Virus record (IMG/VR): IMGVR_UViG_3300037479_000046
Span: 1-30,849 of that record
DNA length: 30,849 bases
Strand: one strand, 5' to 3'
Origin: a virus
Taxonomy: Duplodnaviria; Caudoviricetes
A program made the position numbers and the translations under genes. Below, piece after piece: positions 15,601 to 24,089 of the stretch. Below the pieces are notes generated by a model. It did not search any database. It worked only from the letters and a program-made list of their open reading frames with translations, and was not told the origin of the DNA. Every line of letters starts with the position of its first letter. Positions within the stretch are counted from its first letter, which is position 1.

Positions 15601-16006
15601 TCGCGTCTCTGACTAACTCAAACGCGAACTGTACGTTGTCGTCGGCCACGCCGCCGTCGACCCCGTCGCGGCCGCCAAGCGCGACGATGACAACTGACGC
15701 GCCAGCGCCCCCGGGAAACGAAAGCATGCGGACCCATACACTGATCGTCCATGTCCCTTGCGCGAACGTCATGTCGGCCGCGGTGGCCGATCGACCAAGC
15801 AGTTGCGTGCCAGTGAACGACCGCGCGCGCCCGATCCGACCCGTGGTCAACGTTGGCAACGGGATCGCGGCGACGGCCGTCAGCGGACGCTGATTGAGCA
15901 CGGAATCGTTGGCTGGAGACGTCGACACATCGTCGAAGTGCCAGTGCGCGAACGTCGAAGCGTCGACGCGCGGGTGAATCCCTCTCCCGTTGCTTGGCAT
16001 CCGCAC
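12626..16006 (-). CDS. Large tail tip / host-specificity protein (N-terminal LamG-like, central hub, C-terminal carbohydrate-binding-like and beta-sandwich domains)
   Basis: AHWHFDD...WTISVWVR LamG pattern; FEGRIDEI...VTISCRD and VRNQVTV hub motifs; VKNGDF...PDSW CBM-like start; PGTYLITAAV...LQRGDRLTL C-terminus. Confidence 0.82.
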   Translation of the reverse strand: MRMPSNGRGIHPRVDASTFAHWHFDDVSTSPANDSVLNQRPLTAVAAIPLPTLTTGRIGRARSFTGTQLLGRSATAADMTFAQGTWTISVWVRMLSFPGGAGASVVIVALGGRDGVDGGVADDNVQFAFELVRDASVVPYPGANGEVRARLFWEDGAGVDHSALVTTVDFRRFLGRWILLTWRKSVGAPFTYECLVNGRVVQTFTAQANSSSAALATQRWTVGGVVNATGILIARGITGHVCSWHAQSGVMSNPEVEEIWRRGAGLALPTAQYARLFVQDQSAVYRDLTDPTVVGDDFVESVEYTTSIDDQTDQIVATMFRESGDISLAPLRGDSVLNNPSLSPSFTPFLGVWRPARLDAARVPTWITPTATDWETRFEGRIDEIDDGGERVTISCRDEGARMAERYINAERSYPATGDLGSNGCGPTAGGRETVMQRVIDDNGGAGAFGAFATLYTPIPTQSCMVPPTPDARNVPRGHLLPTLRTLAGQIGWDCRARWDPSTSLHRLTMFDPGRGRVDCDAVIAERDVMRTTRGAQDASGVRNQVTVTFPDRFSVGLPTDQGLASPNSVFVQNATSVAQFDLREMEVIEDQSSQIDTTVEASRMATAIVDDLAFPLRRTTHDLAGVPEIEAHDVLLMQPDGIRTTVNQEGAVRSVRHTFTADGCRTSLDAQGKPAAGFNRWLSIEAGRNGRPPIRNPGEALTGRGIGSLLPGLLDMVDRSIYLGGTKFVEVKNGDFARFSRGNAYPPDSWTMAIGTWGTDASAVEGVTLSGGRAVSLNTATATLRCQNIPILGSIDTPYSFEVHWQWPAPFALPPAPKRVELLIEWLAADGTTVVATCVRRPRTATTPPYQFPDAPVIANGTWFTSRVDGICPIDDATGLVSTARFVRIGIRADTDGTHAFPTAIVVDTVAIYRTAREDRTFCLNPWVLPAAPLNAWYNVALRAPGSTVVFRTHDWGHNHFVSGGGGVTIPREDGTVEVLFGPGTFLGNGFYAKEPGTYLITAAVALIVNSTAPGAALAPMARIVRNATYTSLASPNNTGGSVIAQANGGVWVPAGTYDPLLLPTFANHSVSPVLLSTRAELQRGDRLTLEWFRANLGPATIFHLGDTTGGEARTWWNVRLGLAE

Positions 16007-16010
16007 CGTT

Positions 16011-17540
16011 CTACCCCGCGAAGCGCGCCGCCTGACGGCGCGACGCCAGGCGAAAGAGCTCGTAAACCTCTCCAGACGAGAGGTGTTCCAACCAGAATCC
16101 GACCTCGTCGAGATCGGCGCTCAGGGGCAGGCCGGCGCCGCCGCTGTTGCCGAAGCGCGCCGCGATGGCGTTCGCCTGGGCGCCCGGTGACGTATTCAGG
16201 ACGGAGGCGCCGACGCGCGCCCCGTTGACGTACAGATGCAGCCCGGCGGTGTCTCCGCGGCCGTCGTACGTGGCGACGACGTGAGCCCACTCGTCGGCTC
16301 GGAATGCGTCCGACGCCTCGACACGTCGGCCAGCGGTGAGCGCAGCGTTCGTCATCCAAAGCCCAACAGTGCAGAGGTTCGACGCGGAACGAGTAACATA
16401 GAAAAACAGCGTTGGCGTGACGCCGAGCGTGCCCTTGGCGTAGATCGATCGATCCGACCCCGCCGGTTGCGTAGGGGACACGCGCACTGACGCAGAGATC
16501 GCAAACGGGTCTGTGTCCTCTCGATCGGGGATCGCTGCTGCCCCATCTACGATCGCGTCCGCGCCACCTCGAAACCCCGCGCCGTCATCGACCTGCGCCG
16601 CCACCACATCGAGTGCGCCGCTTGTTGTGAACGTCGAGCGCGGCAGGGCGCTGTCGATGGGACCGGCGAAGTAGGGCGGCTCGAAAGAGAAGTAAACGAG
16701 CGGATGCGGCACCGAAAGCCTCGGGGCCACGCGCGCCTGCTGCAGCGTGAACGGAACGCGACGCGCGTTGTTCCGCCAGAACGTTCCATCCGGCAACGCG
16801 ACGCCGTTGCTCATGCCGACGTGGCGTTCTGCACCGTCGATCGCGCCGATCGCCTCCAGAGAGCGGCCACCGAACAGGTCGCCCTCGACGTCGAGACGCG
16901 GGAGCGACGAGAACGGGATGCGATCGTCTCGCATGCGCGAAGCCCACGCGATGCACTGGTCATCGTCGGCACAAAACGCCAGCGCGATCAGCTCGTCGAA
17001 TCGCGTCGGCGCCCCGAACACGCCGAGGAACCCATCGAACACGGACAGCCACGCCGATACGTCAACGGAGTCGTCACGAACACCCTCGTAGAACACCGCG
17101 CCGTCGCTGCGAACGATGTAGTGCCGGAACGCCCCCGCCTCTTCGCGAAACGCCATGACGGTCCAGCGATCGGCGAACGGCATCGGGCCGATCGCGAGGT
17201 CATAGACCAGCGTCGTCACACTCGCACAGAAGCCGCCGAACACGCCGCCCGCAACGATCGACGCGCCAGCCGTCGAGAGCGGCCCGCGCCCGCGCGTGGA
17301 AAAGAGGTTTGCGTCGAACGGGAAACGATGGCCGAGCCCGCACACGATCCCCTCGAGCGCGTCCGCCGTCTGCTGCGTCAGCGGCTTTGACTGCGCCTTC
17401 CACGACAGAATGGGTCGCGAGCGCCCGAAGATCGGAGCCGCCTGTTCCGACGTCGCGTCCGCTCCGACGACAAGGCGATTCTCCGACGCGGAGCCCTCCT
17501 CGACTCCGACAGCCCATCCATTGATTCGGAGGAACGACAC
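16011..17540 (-). CDS. Minor tail protein with C-terminal LamG-like domain (paralog 2)
   Basis: Start reassigned to GTG 17540 (GGAGGG 7 nt upstream); WAHVVATYDG..LHLYVNG...LDEVGFW LamG motifs. Confidence 0.82.
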   Translation of the reverse strand: MSFLRINGWAVGVEEGSASENRLVVGADATSEQAAPIFGRSRPILSWKAQSKPLTQQTADALEGIVCGLGHRFPFDANLFSTRGRGPLSTAGASIVAGGVFGGFCASVTTLVYDLAIGPMPFADRWTVMAFREEAGAFRHYIVRSDGAVFYEGVRDDSVDVSAWLSVFDGFLGVFGAPTRFDELIALAFCADDDQCIAWASRMRDDRIPFSSLPRLDVEGDLFGGRSLEAIGAIDGAERHVGMSNGVALPDGTFWRNNARRVPFTLQQARVAPRLSVPHPLVYFSFEPPYFAGPIDSALPRSTFTTSGALDVVAAQVDDGAGFRGGADAIVDGAAAIPDREDTDPFAISASVRVSPTQPAGSDRSIYAKGTLGVTPTLFFYVTRSASNLCTVGLWMTNAALTAGRRVEASDAFRADEWAHVVATYDGRGDTAGLHLYVNGARVGASVLNTSPGAQANAIAARFGNSGGAGLPLSADLDEVGFWLEHLSSGEVYELFRLASRRQAARFAG

Positions 17541-17542
17541 GG

Positions 17543-19135
17543 TCACGCCCTCCGAAGCGGATGCCCGCGCTTGGTCAGGAGGTAGACGATCCGCTGTTGT
17601 TCCGTCGTGAGCGCAGACGTCCAGCACGCCCATTGCGCAACGTGTGCATTTACACCTGTCCCTGGGTCACTCTGCCCGGCCGCATGCAGAAGCGCGGCAG
17701 ATGTCGTCATGCCAGCAAATGCTCCGACGGTGACAAGAGACGAGAACACAGGACGGCCATTAAGGAAGATCCGCACCCGCGAGCCAGGCGCCCTGGCGGC
17801 GTCGTAGTCAAAAGACACAAACGTCCAGAACGAGGCAGAAAGCTGTGCGGAAGTCGTGTAGCGCTCTGACGCTGTGCCGTCGCCATTGCTCACCTCGACG
17901 ACGACAGAGCCAACGCCGTTGTCTCGGACGCGCCACTCACGCGCGTTGCCGACCTCGTTCCAGCGAGACCAGAACGTCTGCGACATGATTGCATTTGGGC
18001 GAACCCATCCCGCAACGGTCAACTTGGCGGACGACCCGACTGCGCTTCCTTCTGTTCCAAGCCGAAATGCGCGATCGCCAACCGTGCCGCCGAACGTCGT
18101 CGCCGTCCCCAGGTTTCCATCAGGCCCAGCGGCGCTCCCGTGCGCACTGCCAGGGTCTGTAAGATCAAGCCCGGAGACGCGCTCGACGAACTTGGGAAAC
18201 GAGTAGAATGCCGCGCCCATCGGCACGTAAAGCAGCGGGAGCGGCAGGAGATCGACGCTCGCGACGCGGCCGACCTCGACGAGCTCTAGATCCTGGATGA
18301 GCGCGTTGTTTAGGAACTCGTCGTCGACAACGAATGGTGCTCTAGGACGTGGCGTCGCGAGCGCCCCGCGCATGGCGCGCCTCGATGAACGCGACACGAC
18401 CCTTGCTCGATCGGCCTTGCCCGCAACGAGGATACCCAACGGCGATTCTACGACGTCACCAACGAGGTGGACGATCGGAGCCGGGCCGAGGGGTTGTTCC
18501 CACGACAAGAGCTCGATCAGCTGATCGTCTGGTATTCGCCACGGGAAGATCGCCAGCTCGTCGACGATAAGTTCGGCCGCCACGCCGTCAATGCGCTTGC
18601 CGTACAACGTGACGATTCCAGACGCGACCGAACACAGATTCGCGCCGATGCCGACGATCAACTCGACGGCGTCGATCCACTCGCGCCCGTCGTGCGTCAC
18701 CGCACCAATGCGCCACGGTGATCCAGTCAGCGTCGCGTCACGAAACCGAAACGTCACGGTCCACTCATCGGAGAGCTGCGCATCGAATGAGATCGAGCCG
18801 CCGGAGCGCACCACGAGCGCGTCACCATCCCATCCATCACCCGGGGCGAGGTGTGCATCGTGTCCGGCTGTCGTTGGGCCTAGCGATGTACTGGCGGCGA
18901 TTTCCCCGTTGAACGAGAACACATGCGCGAGACCGATCGCCATATGCGCGAGCCCGCGGGCCTGCTCGTGCGTCATATGAGAGAGCTTGAGGTTGAACTT
19001 CCGGCGCGCCTGTCGACGATGATCGACCGCGTTGCCTCGCGCGCTGCGCTCCACGTCGCCGCGCCACTCAAGCGTTCGCTCCGACCCGCCATCCTCGACG
19101 AGACACACAACGCCGTTTAGTCGCGCAAACGGCAT
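17543..19135 (-). CDS. Minor tail protein (distal-tail position) with C-terminal LamG-like domain (paralog 1)
   Basis: ATG 19135 overlaps tape-measure stop; LTVAGWVRP...WTFVSF.YD...RIFLNG LamG motifs. Confidence 0.82.
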   Translation of the reverse strand: MPFARLNGVVCLVEDGGSERTLEWRGDVERSARGNAVDHRRQARRKFNLKLSHMTHEQARGLAHMAIGLAHVFSFNGEIAASTSLGPTTAGHDAHLAPGDGWDGDALVVRSGGSISFDAQLSDEWTVTFRFRDATLTGSPWRIGAVTHDGREWIDAVELIVGIGANLCSVASGIVTLYGKRIDGVAAELIVDELAIFPWRIPDDQLIELLSWEQPLGPAPIVHLVGDVVESPLGILVAGKADRARVVSRSSRRAMRGALATPRPRAPFVVDDEFLNNALIQDLELVEVGRVASVDLLPLPLLYVPMGAAFYSFPKFVERVSGLDLTDPGSAHGSAAGPDGNLGTATTFGGTVGDRAFRLGTEGSAVGSSAKLTVAGWVRPNAIMSQTFWSRWNEVGNAREWRVRDNGVGSVVVEVSNGDGTASERYTTSAQLSASFWTFVSFDYDAARAPGSRVRIFLNGRPVFSSLVTVGAFAGMTTSAALLHAAGQSDPGTGVNAHVAQWACWTSALTTEQQRIVYLLTKRGHPLRRA

Positions 19136-22100
19136 CAGCCCTCCCAACGCCCGCCGTAGCCGCCGTCATTGCGCCCGGTGTTCGTGCCTCGTCGGCGGAT
19201 GTTTCCGCGCCGCGTCTGGTCTTGGAGTTTCTGCGCGAGGTCGAGCGGGTCGTCCGCTTGTATGAGCGCAGACTCCATGATGAACTGAATCAACTGACCA
19301 CCAGACGGTATCCCAAACAACTCCGACCCACCCGCGATGGTCCCGCCCCCGCCGACAACCGATTGCGCCTCGAATCGGTACGCGGCGACCTTGAAATCCG
19401 ACGCAGCGTTGCGCACCTCCTCGTTCAACTCGCGCATGTTCTCGGCGGCCTCGCTGGTCTCTTCACCGAGCGCTTCGGTGCCGTCACAGGCAGCGGCAGC
19501 GCATTGTGCGACGTCGTCGAGTCCGGATGATGCCGCATCGAGCTCAACGCCGAACCCGCCGACGTCGACGTGTTGCAACTCAACGCCAAACTGCTCGAAC
19601 CCTGGCACCTTTCGGATGTTCTCGATCACGCCATTGATCAGATCGATCAGCGAGTTCACGAGCCTCTGCAGGTTGTAGACGAATGCGTCAACCCAGAATG
19701 TCGCCGCGATAAACTGTGTGCGCAGGAGCGTCGTCACCTGCGCGATGGCTGCTGCAAGCGACAGGAACACGGTGGCGACCAAGACGACAACCTGCACGAT
19801 TCGAGACACGACAACGATCAACTCCGCCAGATTGACCGCGAAGATTTCGACCAGCGGCGAGGCGGCAACGAACAGCTGGCCGAGGGCGCGAAACAGTGGT
19901 CTCAATGCGACCACCGCAGGCTCAAGCGCTTCAAGCGCTACCGCCACGCCATCGAAAAGAGGCGACACAACGGACAGATCGTCGACTATGTCCTGTAGGA
20001 GATCGCCAAAGATCGTCCCGAGCAACGCGCCGATCGTTCCGCCAAGGGCTCCGGTCGGTTCGCCCGCTGCGACGCCGACGGCTGCCCCGATCGCTCCACC
20101 TACCGCCGCACTGGCACCAGACACATTGCCCGTCGCCGCTTGCAGTGCGCCAACGATCAGGGCGTTACGCAGCTCTCTCGCTTGATCGTCAACCGCAGAC
20201 ACGAACTCGTCGACCGTCTCCGTCGCGTTTTCGATAGCGTCGGCGAAGCCATCAGTGAAAACGCCAGTCCTGTCCGCCGTGGCTGCGAGCGCATCGCTCT
20301 CGCGCACGACGTCGGTCAGGGTCAGGCCGAGCGCGCCGAGGATCTCCTCCGCTTCTGCCATAGCAGCGACGAAATCGTCCGCTTGCGCGATCGCGTCTCC
20401 GAGCGATCGCAGGAAGAGACGATCGATCTCGTTGGCGACCCCGGCGAGCGCCGCCTCGGCCCCGACGCCGCTCACAGCGGCCCCGAGCCGCTCTGCTTCC
20501 TGAATGCGGTTCTCTCGCTCGACGAGTGCGGCGCCGATCGCCTCCGTCCGGAAGTCGAGCGCAGCGACCTCGTCTTGCAGTTTCTTCGCGAACTCCGTCA
20601 GGCGCTCGAACGCCTTCGCTTGCTCGTCGATCGCCCTTGCTTGCTCATTGATTGCCTTCGCGTGCGCTTTCGCAGCCCTCTCGCCTTCCCTTTGCTTTTC
20701 GTTCAGGAACTCGGCGGCTTCCGCGGTGTCGGCGAGAGGTGCGTCGGTCGCGACGAGAGATTCACGCAACTCGTCGATGGCTCCGGTCGACCCATCGGCG
20801 ACTTCTCGCAGGTCGGCGGACACCGCCAACTCATCCAACTGTTGCGCGACGCGGTCGAAGCCCTCCGACTCGTCGATCATCGACTGGAAGTGTTCGTTGA
20901 GCGAGTCGACCTCGTCGCGCAGGTCGACAAGACCGGCTGTCGAAACGAACACCGCGGCGGCGCCGACGGCGAGCACTGTCGACGCCACGTTGAGCAGTGT
21001 GCGCTGCAAGCCTTTGCCGCTCGACGTCGCCTGCACGAAGGCGTCCTTCAACTCGCCGAACACCGACACGTTTTGCGGCACGGATCGGTAGCCGACGAGG
21101 TCGAGGATCTCCCGAGTTGCCGCATACGTCGCCGTGAACGTCGCGGCCAGGACGGTCAGTTTGCCCAGCGCGACAGTGAGGCCCAGCAACGCAGCCTTGA
21201 CCCCAGCGGCGGTTACACCGAGCTGCGTCAGGACCAGGACGACGCTGGCGACGCCTTGCGCGACGGTCGCGAGCGAGAACACAATCGCCCCCAAGCCGGC
21301 CGCGAGCGCTCCTACGGTGACCACGGCTTTCTTGGAGCCATCGCTCAGGCCGCGGAAGCCGGAGACGAGGTCGCGCGCAACGCCGACAAGCGACGTCGCA
21401 ACCGGAAGGAGCACGTCGCCAATCTCGCGGCCAAGGTTCTTCAACTCCGCATTGAGCGTAGATGCCCTGCCGCTAAAGCTCTCTGATTCGGCCGCGGCGG
21501 CTCCGACGAGGTCTTTCGTCTGGCGGAAGATCGCCGACAGGCGGAGCGTCGTCTTTTCTTGCTCCGTCATCTGCGCGGTAGATTTCGCAAAACCGAGGCG
21601 CAATGCCTCTTGCTTCAATGCCGCATCGCCGATGAACACGTTGAGCTTTTCGATCGCCTCAGTCTCGCCGCGCAGACCGGATTGAACTCGCTGGAGCGTC
21701 TCCGCGAACGGAATGTTTTGCGCCGCGGAAATGTCGGCGGCCAGCTTGATGATCGCTTCGCTCTGAGAGCGCGCGGCGGTCGTGTCACCAAGTGAGTTCT
21801 TGAGTTGCGCGCCTATGCTGACGAGTCCCTCGCGTGTCTCTTGGAGCGAAAGACCGAGCTCCGACGACGTGACGCGCGCGAAGTCCTCGACGCCGGCCGC
21901 GCCGTCGGCAAACACGCGCTCGATCAGGCTGCCCGTCTGCTCAAAGTCGCTGGCTGATGTGACCGCGCCGCGCCCGAAGTCGACGAGCGACGACGTGATC
22001 GCCTTCGCCGACGCGGCGACGCTGCCGAGAGCCTCGTTCAGCGCCAGGAAGTTCGCCGCCAGCTTCGGGCCGAAGCCGAACGACTGGAGCGCCTGCGAGA

Positions 22101-22218
22101 GCTTGTCCGCCTCGGACGTGAAGCGACCGAGCACGTCGCGCGCTTGATCGACGCCTCGCTTGAACCCGGACGAGTCTGCGGTCAGTTCCGCCTGGACGCT
22201 GTCGATCGTCGTCGGCAC
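19135..22218 (-). CDS. Tail tape measure protein
   Basis: 1027 aa, Ala/Gly-rich helical, ELTADSSGF N-terminus, SGLRGETEAIEKL motif, hydrophobic stretches; follows chaperones. Confidence 0.95.
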   Translation of the reverse strand: MPTTIDSVQAELTADSSGFKRGVDQARDVLGRFTSEADKLSQALQSFGFGPKLAANFLALNEALGSVAASAKAITSSLVDFGRGAVTSASDFEQTGSLIERVFADGAAGVEDFARVTSSELGLSLQETREGLVSIGAQLKNSLGDTTAARSQSEAIIKLAADISAAQNIPFAETLQRVQSGLRGETEAIEKLNVFIGDAALKQEALRLGFAKSTAQMTEQEKTTLRLSAIFRQTKDLVGAAAAESESFSGRASTLNAELKNLGREIGDVLLPVATSLVGVARDLVSGFRGLSDGSKKAVVTVGALAAGLGAIVFSLATVAQGVASVVLVLTQLGVTAAGVKAALLGLTVALGKLTVLAATFTATYAATREILDLVGYRSVPQNVSVFGELKDAFVQATSSGKGLQRTLLNVASTVLAVGAAAVFVSTAGLVDLRDEVDSLNEHFQSMIDESEGFDRVAQQLDELAVSADLREVADGSTGAIDELRESLVATDAPLADTAEAAEFLNEKQREGERAAKAHAKAINEQARAIDEQAKAFERLTEFAKKLQDEVAALDFRTEAIGAALVERENRIQEAERLGAAVSGVGAEAALAGVANEIDRLFLRSLGDAIAQADDFVAAMAEAEEILGALGLTLTDVVRESDALAATADRTGVFTDGFADAIENATETVDEFVSAVDDQARELRNALIVGALQAATGNVSGASAAVGGAIGAAVGVAAGEPTGALGGTIGALLGTIFGDLLQDIVDDLSVVSPLFDGVAVALEALEPAVVALRPLFRALGQLFVAASPLVEIFAVNLAELIVVVSRIVQVVVLVATVFLSLAAAIAQVTTLLRTQFIAATFWVDAFVYNLQRLVNSLIDLINGVIENIRKVPGFEQFGVELQHVDVGGFGVELDAASSGLDDVAQCAAAACDGTEALGEETSEAAENMRELNEEVRNAASDFKVAAYRFEAQSVVGGGGTIAGGSELFGIPSGGQLIQFIMESALIQADDPLDLAQKLQDQTRRGNIRRRGTNTGRNDGGYGGRWEG

Positions 22219-22220
22219 GC

Positions 22221-22766
22221 TCAGGCCCCGGGCTTGCCGCGTCGTGCGGCGATCTGGTCCCGCGTCGCGCGCATGCGCGCCCGGAACTCCTCCATGTTAG
22301 CGCTCGCGATGGCTGGTGGGACAGGGGCGTCACCCGGCTTGGCGCGGGCGACGACCTCGCCGCGCGGTCTGTTCGCGTCCACGCGCATGCGCTCGACGTC
22401 GTCGTCCGTGACCCGGACGCCGGTCTGGGGCGTTGGCGGGGCGCCGCGTTGGGCGATCGCCTCGAGGAGACCGGCCGCTATCGCGTTCTGGCGCACTTGC
22501 TCGTCGCGCGGAGCATCCGGCGGCGTTCGACGTAGGAGCTTGTCGATCGTGACCTTTGGTTTCGCGCCCGCGATGTTCGCCACGGACGCAATGATCCATG
22601 CGGCGTTTTCGCGATCGAACTCGGCGGCGGCGCGAAACGCCTCGACGTGCGCCATGGCGTCGTCGAGCGACAAATCCCAGAAGCGATCCGCCGGACAGCC
22701 GCCGCGGATGGCGTCGATCCTCAGGCGCCGCCAGTCGAGGGGGCGGGCCGGCTCGTAGGGCGGACA
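22221..22766 (-). CDS. Tail assembly chaperone, frameshift-extension (gpT-like) frame
   Basis: Frame open 22766-22221; the chaperone-like DWRRL...GGCPADRFWDLS lies upstream of the first start codon (TTG 22673); frame is -1 relative to upstream chaperone. Confidence 0.8.
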   Translation of the reverse strand, partial: CPPYEPARPLDWRRLRIDAIRGGCPADRFWDLSLDDAMAHVEAFRAAAEFDRENAAWIIASVANIAGAKPKVTIDKLLRRTPPDAPRDEQVRQNAIAAGLLEAIAQRGAPPTPQTGVRVTDDDVERMRVDANRPRGEVVARAKPGDAPVPPAIASANMEEFRARMRATRDQIAARRGKPGA

Positions 22767-23149
22767 TCATCGGGCCTCTCGTCCGCCGCCGGCCTCACGC
22801 CCGGCATACCGCCGCGCAAGGCCACAGCGATCTTCGCGCCGAGCGTGCGAAGAGTGTCCGGCGCGCCCTGAGCCGCCTCGTCTTCCTTCGGCATCTGGTC
22901 GAACCAGTCCTCCACAAGCGACAGATCGAACTCGCCAGGCTTGGGCTCGAAGCGCCGCCTGAACTCCGGCAGGTGCGAGAGCCCTGCGGCCGTCGCGAGC
23001 ACGAGGAAGCTCACGCCCCCGCGCGTCGCCGCCTCCGAGAAGCTCTGTCCGCTCGCGCGCTCGATGAAACAGATCGCGCGCGTGCCGTAGAAAAGCTCCC
23101 GCTTGTGACCGCCAAGGACCACGTTGCAGGTGTTGTCGCCCAAGCCCAT
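22721..23149 (-). CDS. Tail assembly chaperone (gpG-like)
   Basis: Between tail tube and tape measure; GGAGG then ATG 23149. Confidence 0.85.
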   Translation of the reverse strand: MGLGDNTCNVVLGGHKRELFYGTRAICFIERASGQSFSEAATRGGVSFLVLATAAGLSHLPEFRRRFEPKPGEFDLSLVEDWFDQMPKEDEAAQGAPDTLRTLGAKIAVALRGGMPGVRPAADERPDDVRPTSRPAPSTGGA

Positions 23150-23260
23150 CGCGTCGCCTCCGTGTTGGGGCGGCAAACGTAGCACGCAACGCGAGCAAAC
23201 GCGCCGGCAAAACGAGCCGCTGGTTCACTGCCCTCGGCCGTCACCACCGAAGGCGCGCGA

Positions 23261-23680
23261 TCAGGTCTGATAGCCGAGTGTCGGTTTGCTGATCCGCAAC
23301 GTGCCGTCGAAGCTGGCGAGGTCGTCGTTGGGCGAGTTTGCGGTGAGCGTCGTCGCGAACGCCTCGCCCTCGAACACTTTCGCGCCCGTCAGCGTTTGGA
23401 GCGAGAATCGCGCTCGGAAAACCGTCTTGGCGAACATGGCCAGGAGCACGATCGACTGCCCGACGTCGAAGTCATCCCAGAGGTTCGAGAAGTCGATCGT
23501 GATGTCGTGGTAGTTCGGCACGAACTCGCGCGCGCCGCCGCTGTCGTGGTTCGTGCACTCCAGCTCGTCGACGGCGAGATTGAGAGTCGCCTCGCGCAGC
23601 CCGCCCATTGGCACGTAGGTCGTGCCGCCGTCGTTGCTCACTTCCAGTGTTCCGAGTCTGCCGAGGACGCAAGAGGACAT
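23261..23680 (-). CDS. Major tail tube protein
   Basis: ECTNHDSGGAREFVP, FEGEAFATTLTANSPNDDLASFDGTL typical of siphovirus tube proteins; position. Confidence 0.9.
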   Translation of the reverse strand: MSSCVLGRLGTLEVSNDGGTTYVPMGGLREATLNLAVDELECTNHDSGGAREFVPNYHDITIDFSNLWDDFDVGQSIVLLAMFAKTVFRARFSLQTLTGAKVFEGEAFATTLTANSPNDDLASFDGTLRISKPTLGYQT

Positions 23681-23708
23681 TTCTCGTCTCCTTCGCTGGC
23701 GTCAGGGA

Positions 23709-24071
23709 TCAGTCACGGAAGCGCGCAGCGTACAGGCGGAGCGACGTCGCCGCGGAGACGTCGACGTTGACCTTGCTACCGCCGCCCTGGTTCCAGATCG
23801 CCGGCAGGAACGGGCCGATCATCGCCTTGCCCGGGACGCCGCCGGCCGCCGCCGGCACGACGTGGACCGTGTTTCCCGTGCGACCGAACGGATCGGCGAC
23901 GGAAACGACGGTAACGGTCTTGGTCGCAGCGTCCTCATTCTCCGCGAGGAGAAACGTCTTACCGTCGTTGACGAACTCGTGTTGATTCGTCGCGTCGGCC
24001 GCGACGCCGGTCAGCGTGACGGCGCCGCCGTTCAGCGGGAGGTTGTCGATCGGGATGTTCGTTCGGGCCAC
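23709..24071 (-). CDS. Small beta-rich virion structural protein
   Basis: F.NDGKTFL..N.....TVTV...IGPF.PA.WNQ pattern; lies in neck/tail operon. Confidence 0.65.
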   Translation of the reverse strand: MARTNIPIDNLPLNGGAVTLTGVAADATNQHEFVNDGKTFLLAENEDAATKTVTVVSVADPFGRTGNTVHVVPAAAGGVPGKAMIGPFLPAIWNQGGGSKVNVDVSAATSLRLYAARFRD

Positions 24072-24089
24072 GTTGCAACTCCTGTTGGG

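Noticed and set aside
12626-16006. Diversity-generating retroelement or invertible tail-fibre cassette
   Set aside because: No reverse transcriptase, invertase or duplicated template/variable repeat was seen.
20140-21486. 448-aa + strand ORF
   Set aside because: Antisense shadow of the tape measure gene.
23161-23260. c-di-GMP-I riboswitch suggested by GGCAAAC
   Set aside because: Motif is on the non-transcribed strand and the GNRA-capped stem and second GCAAA-stem architecture are absent.
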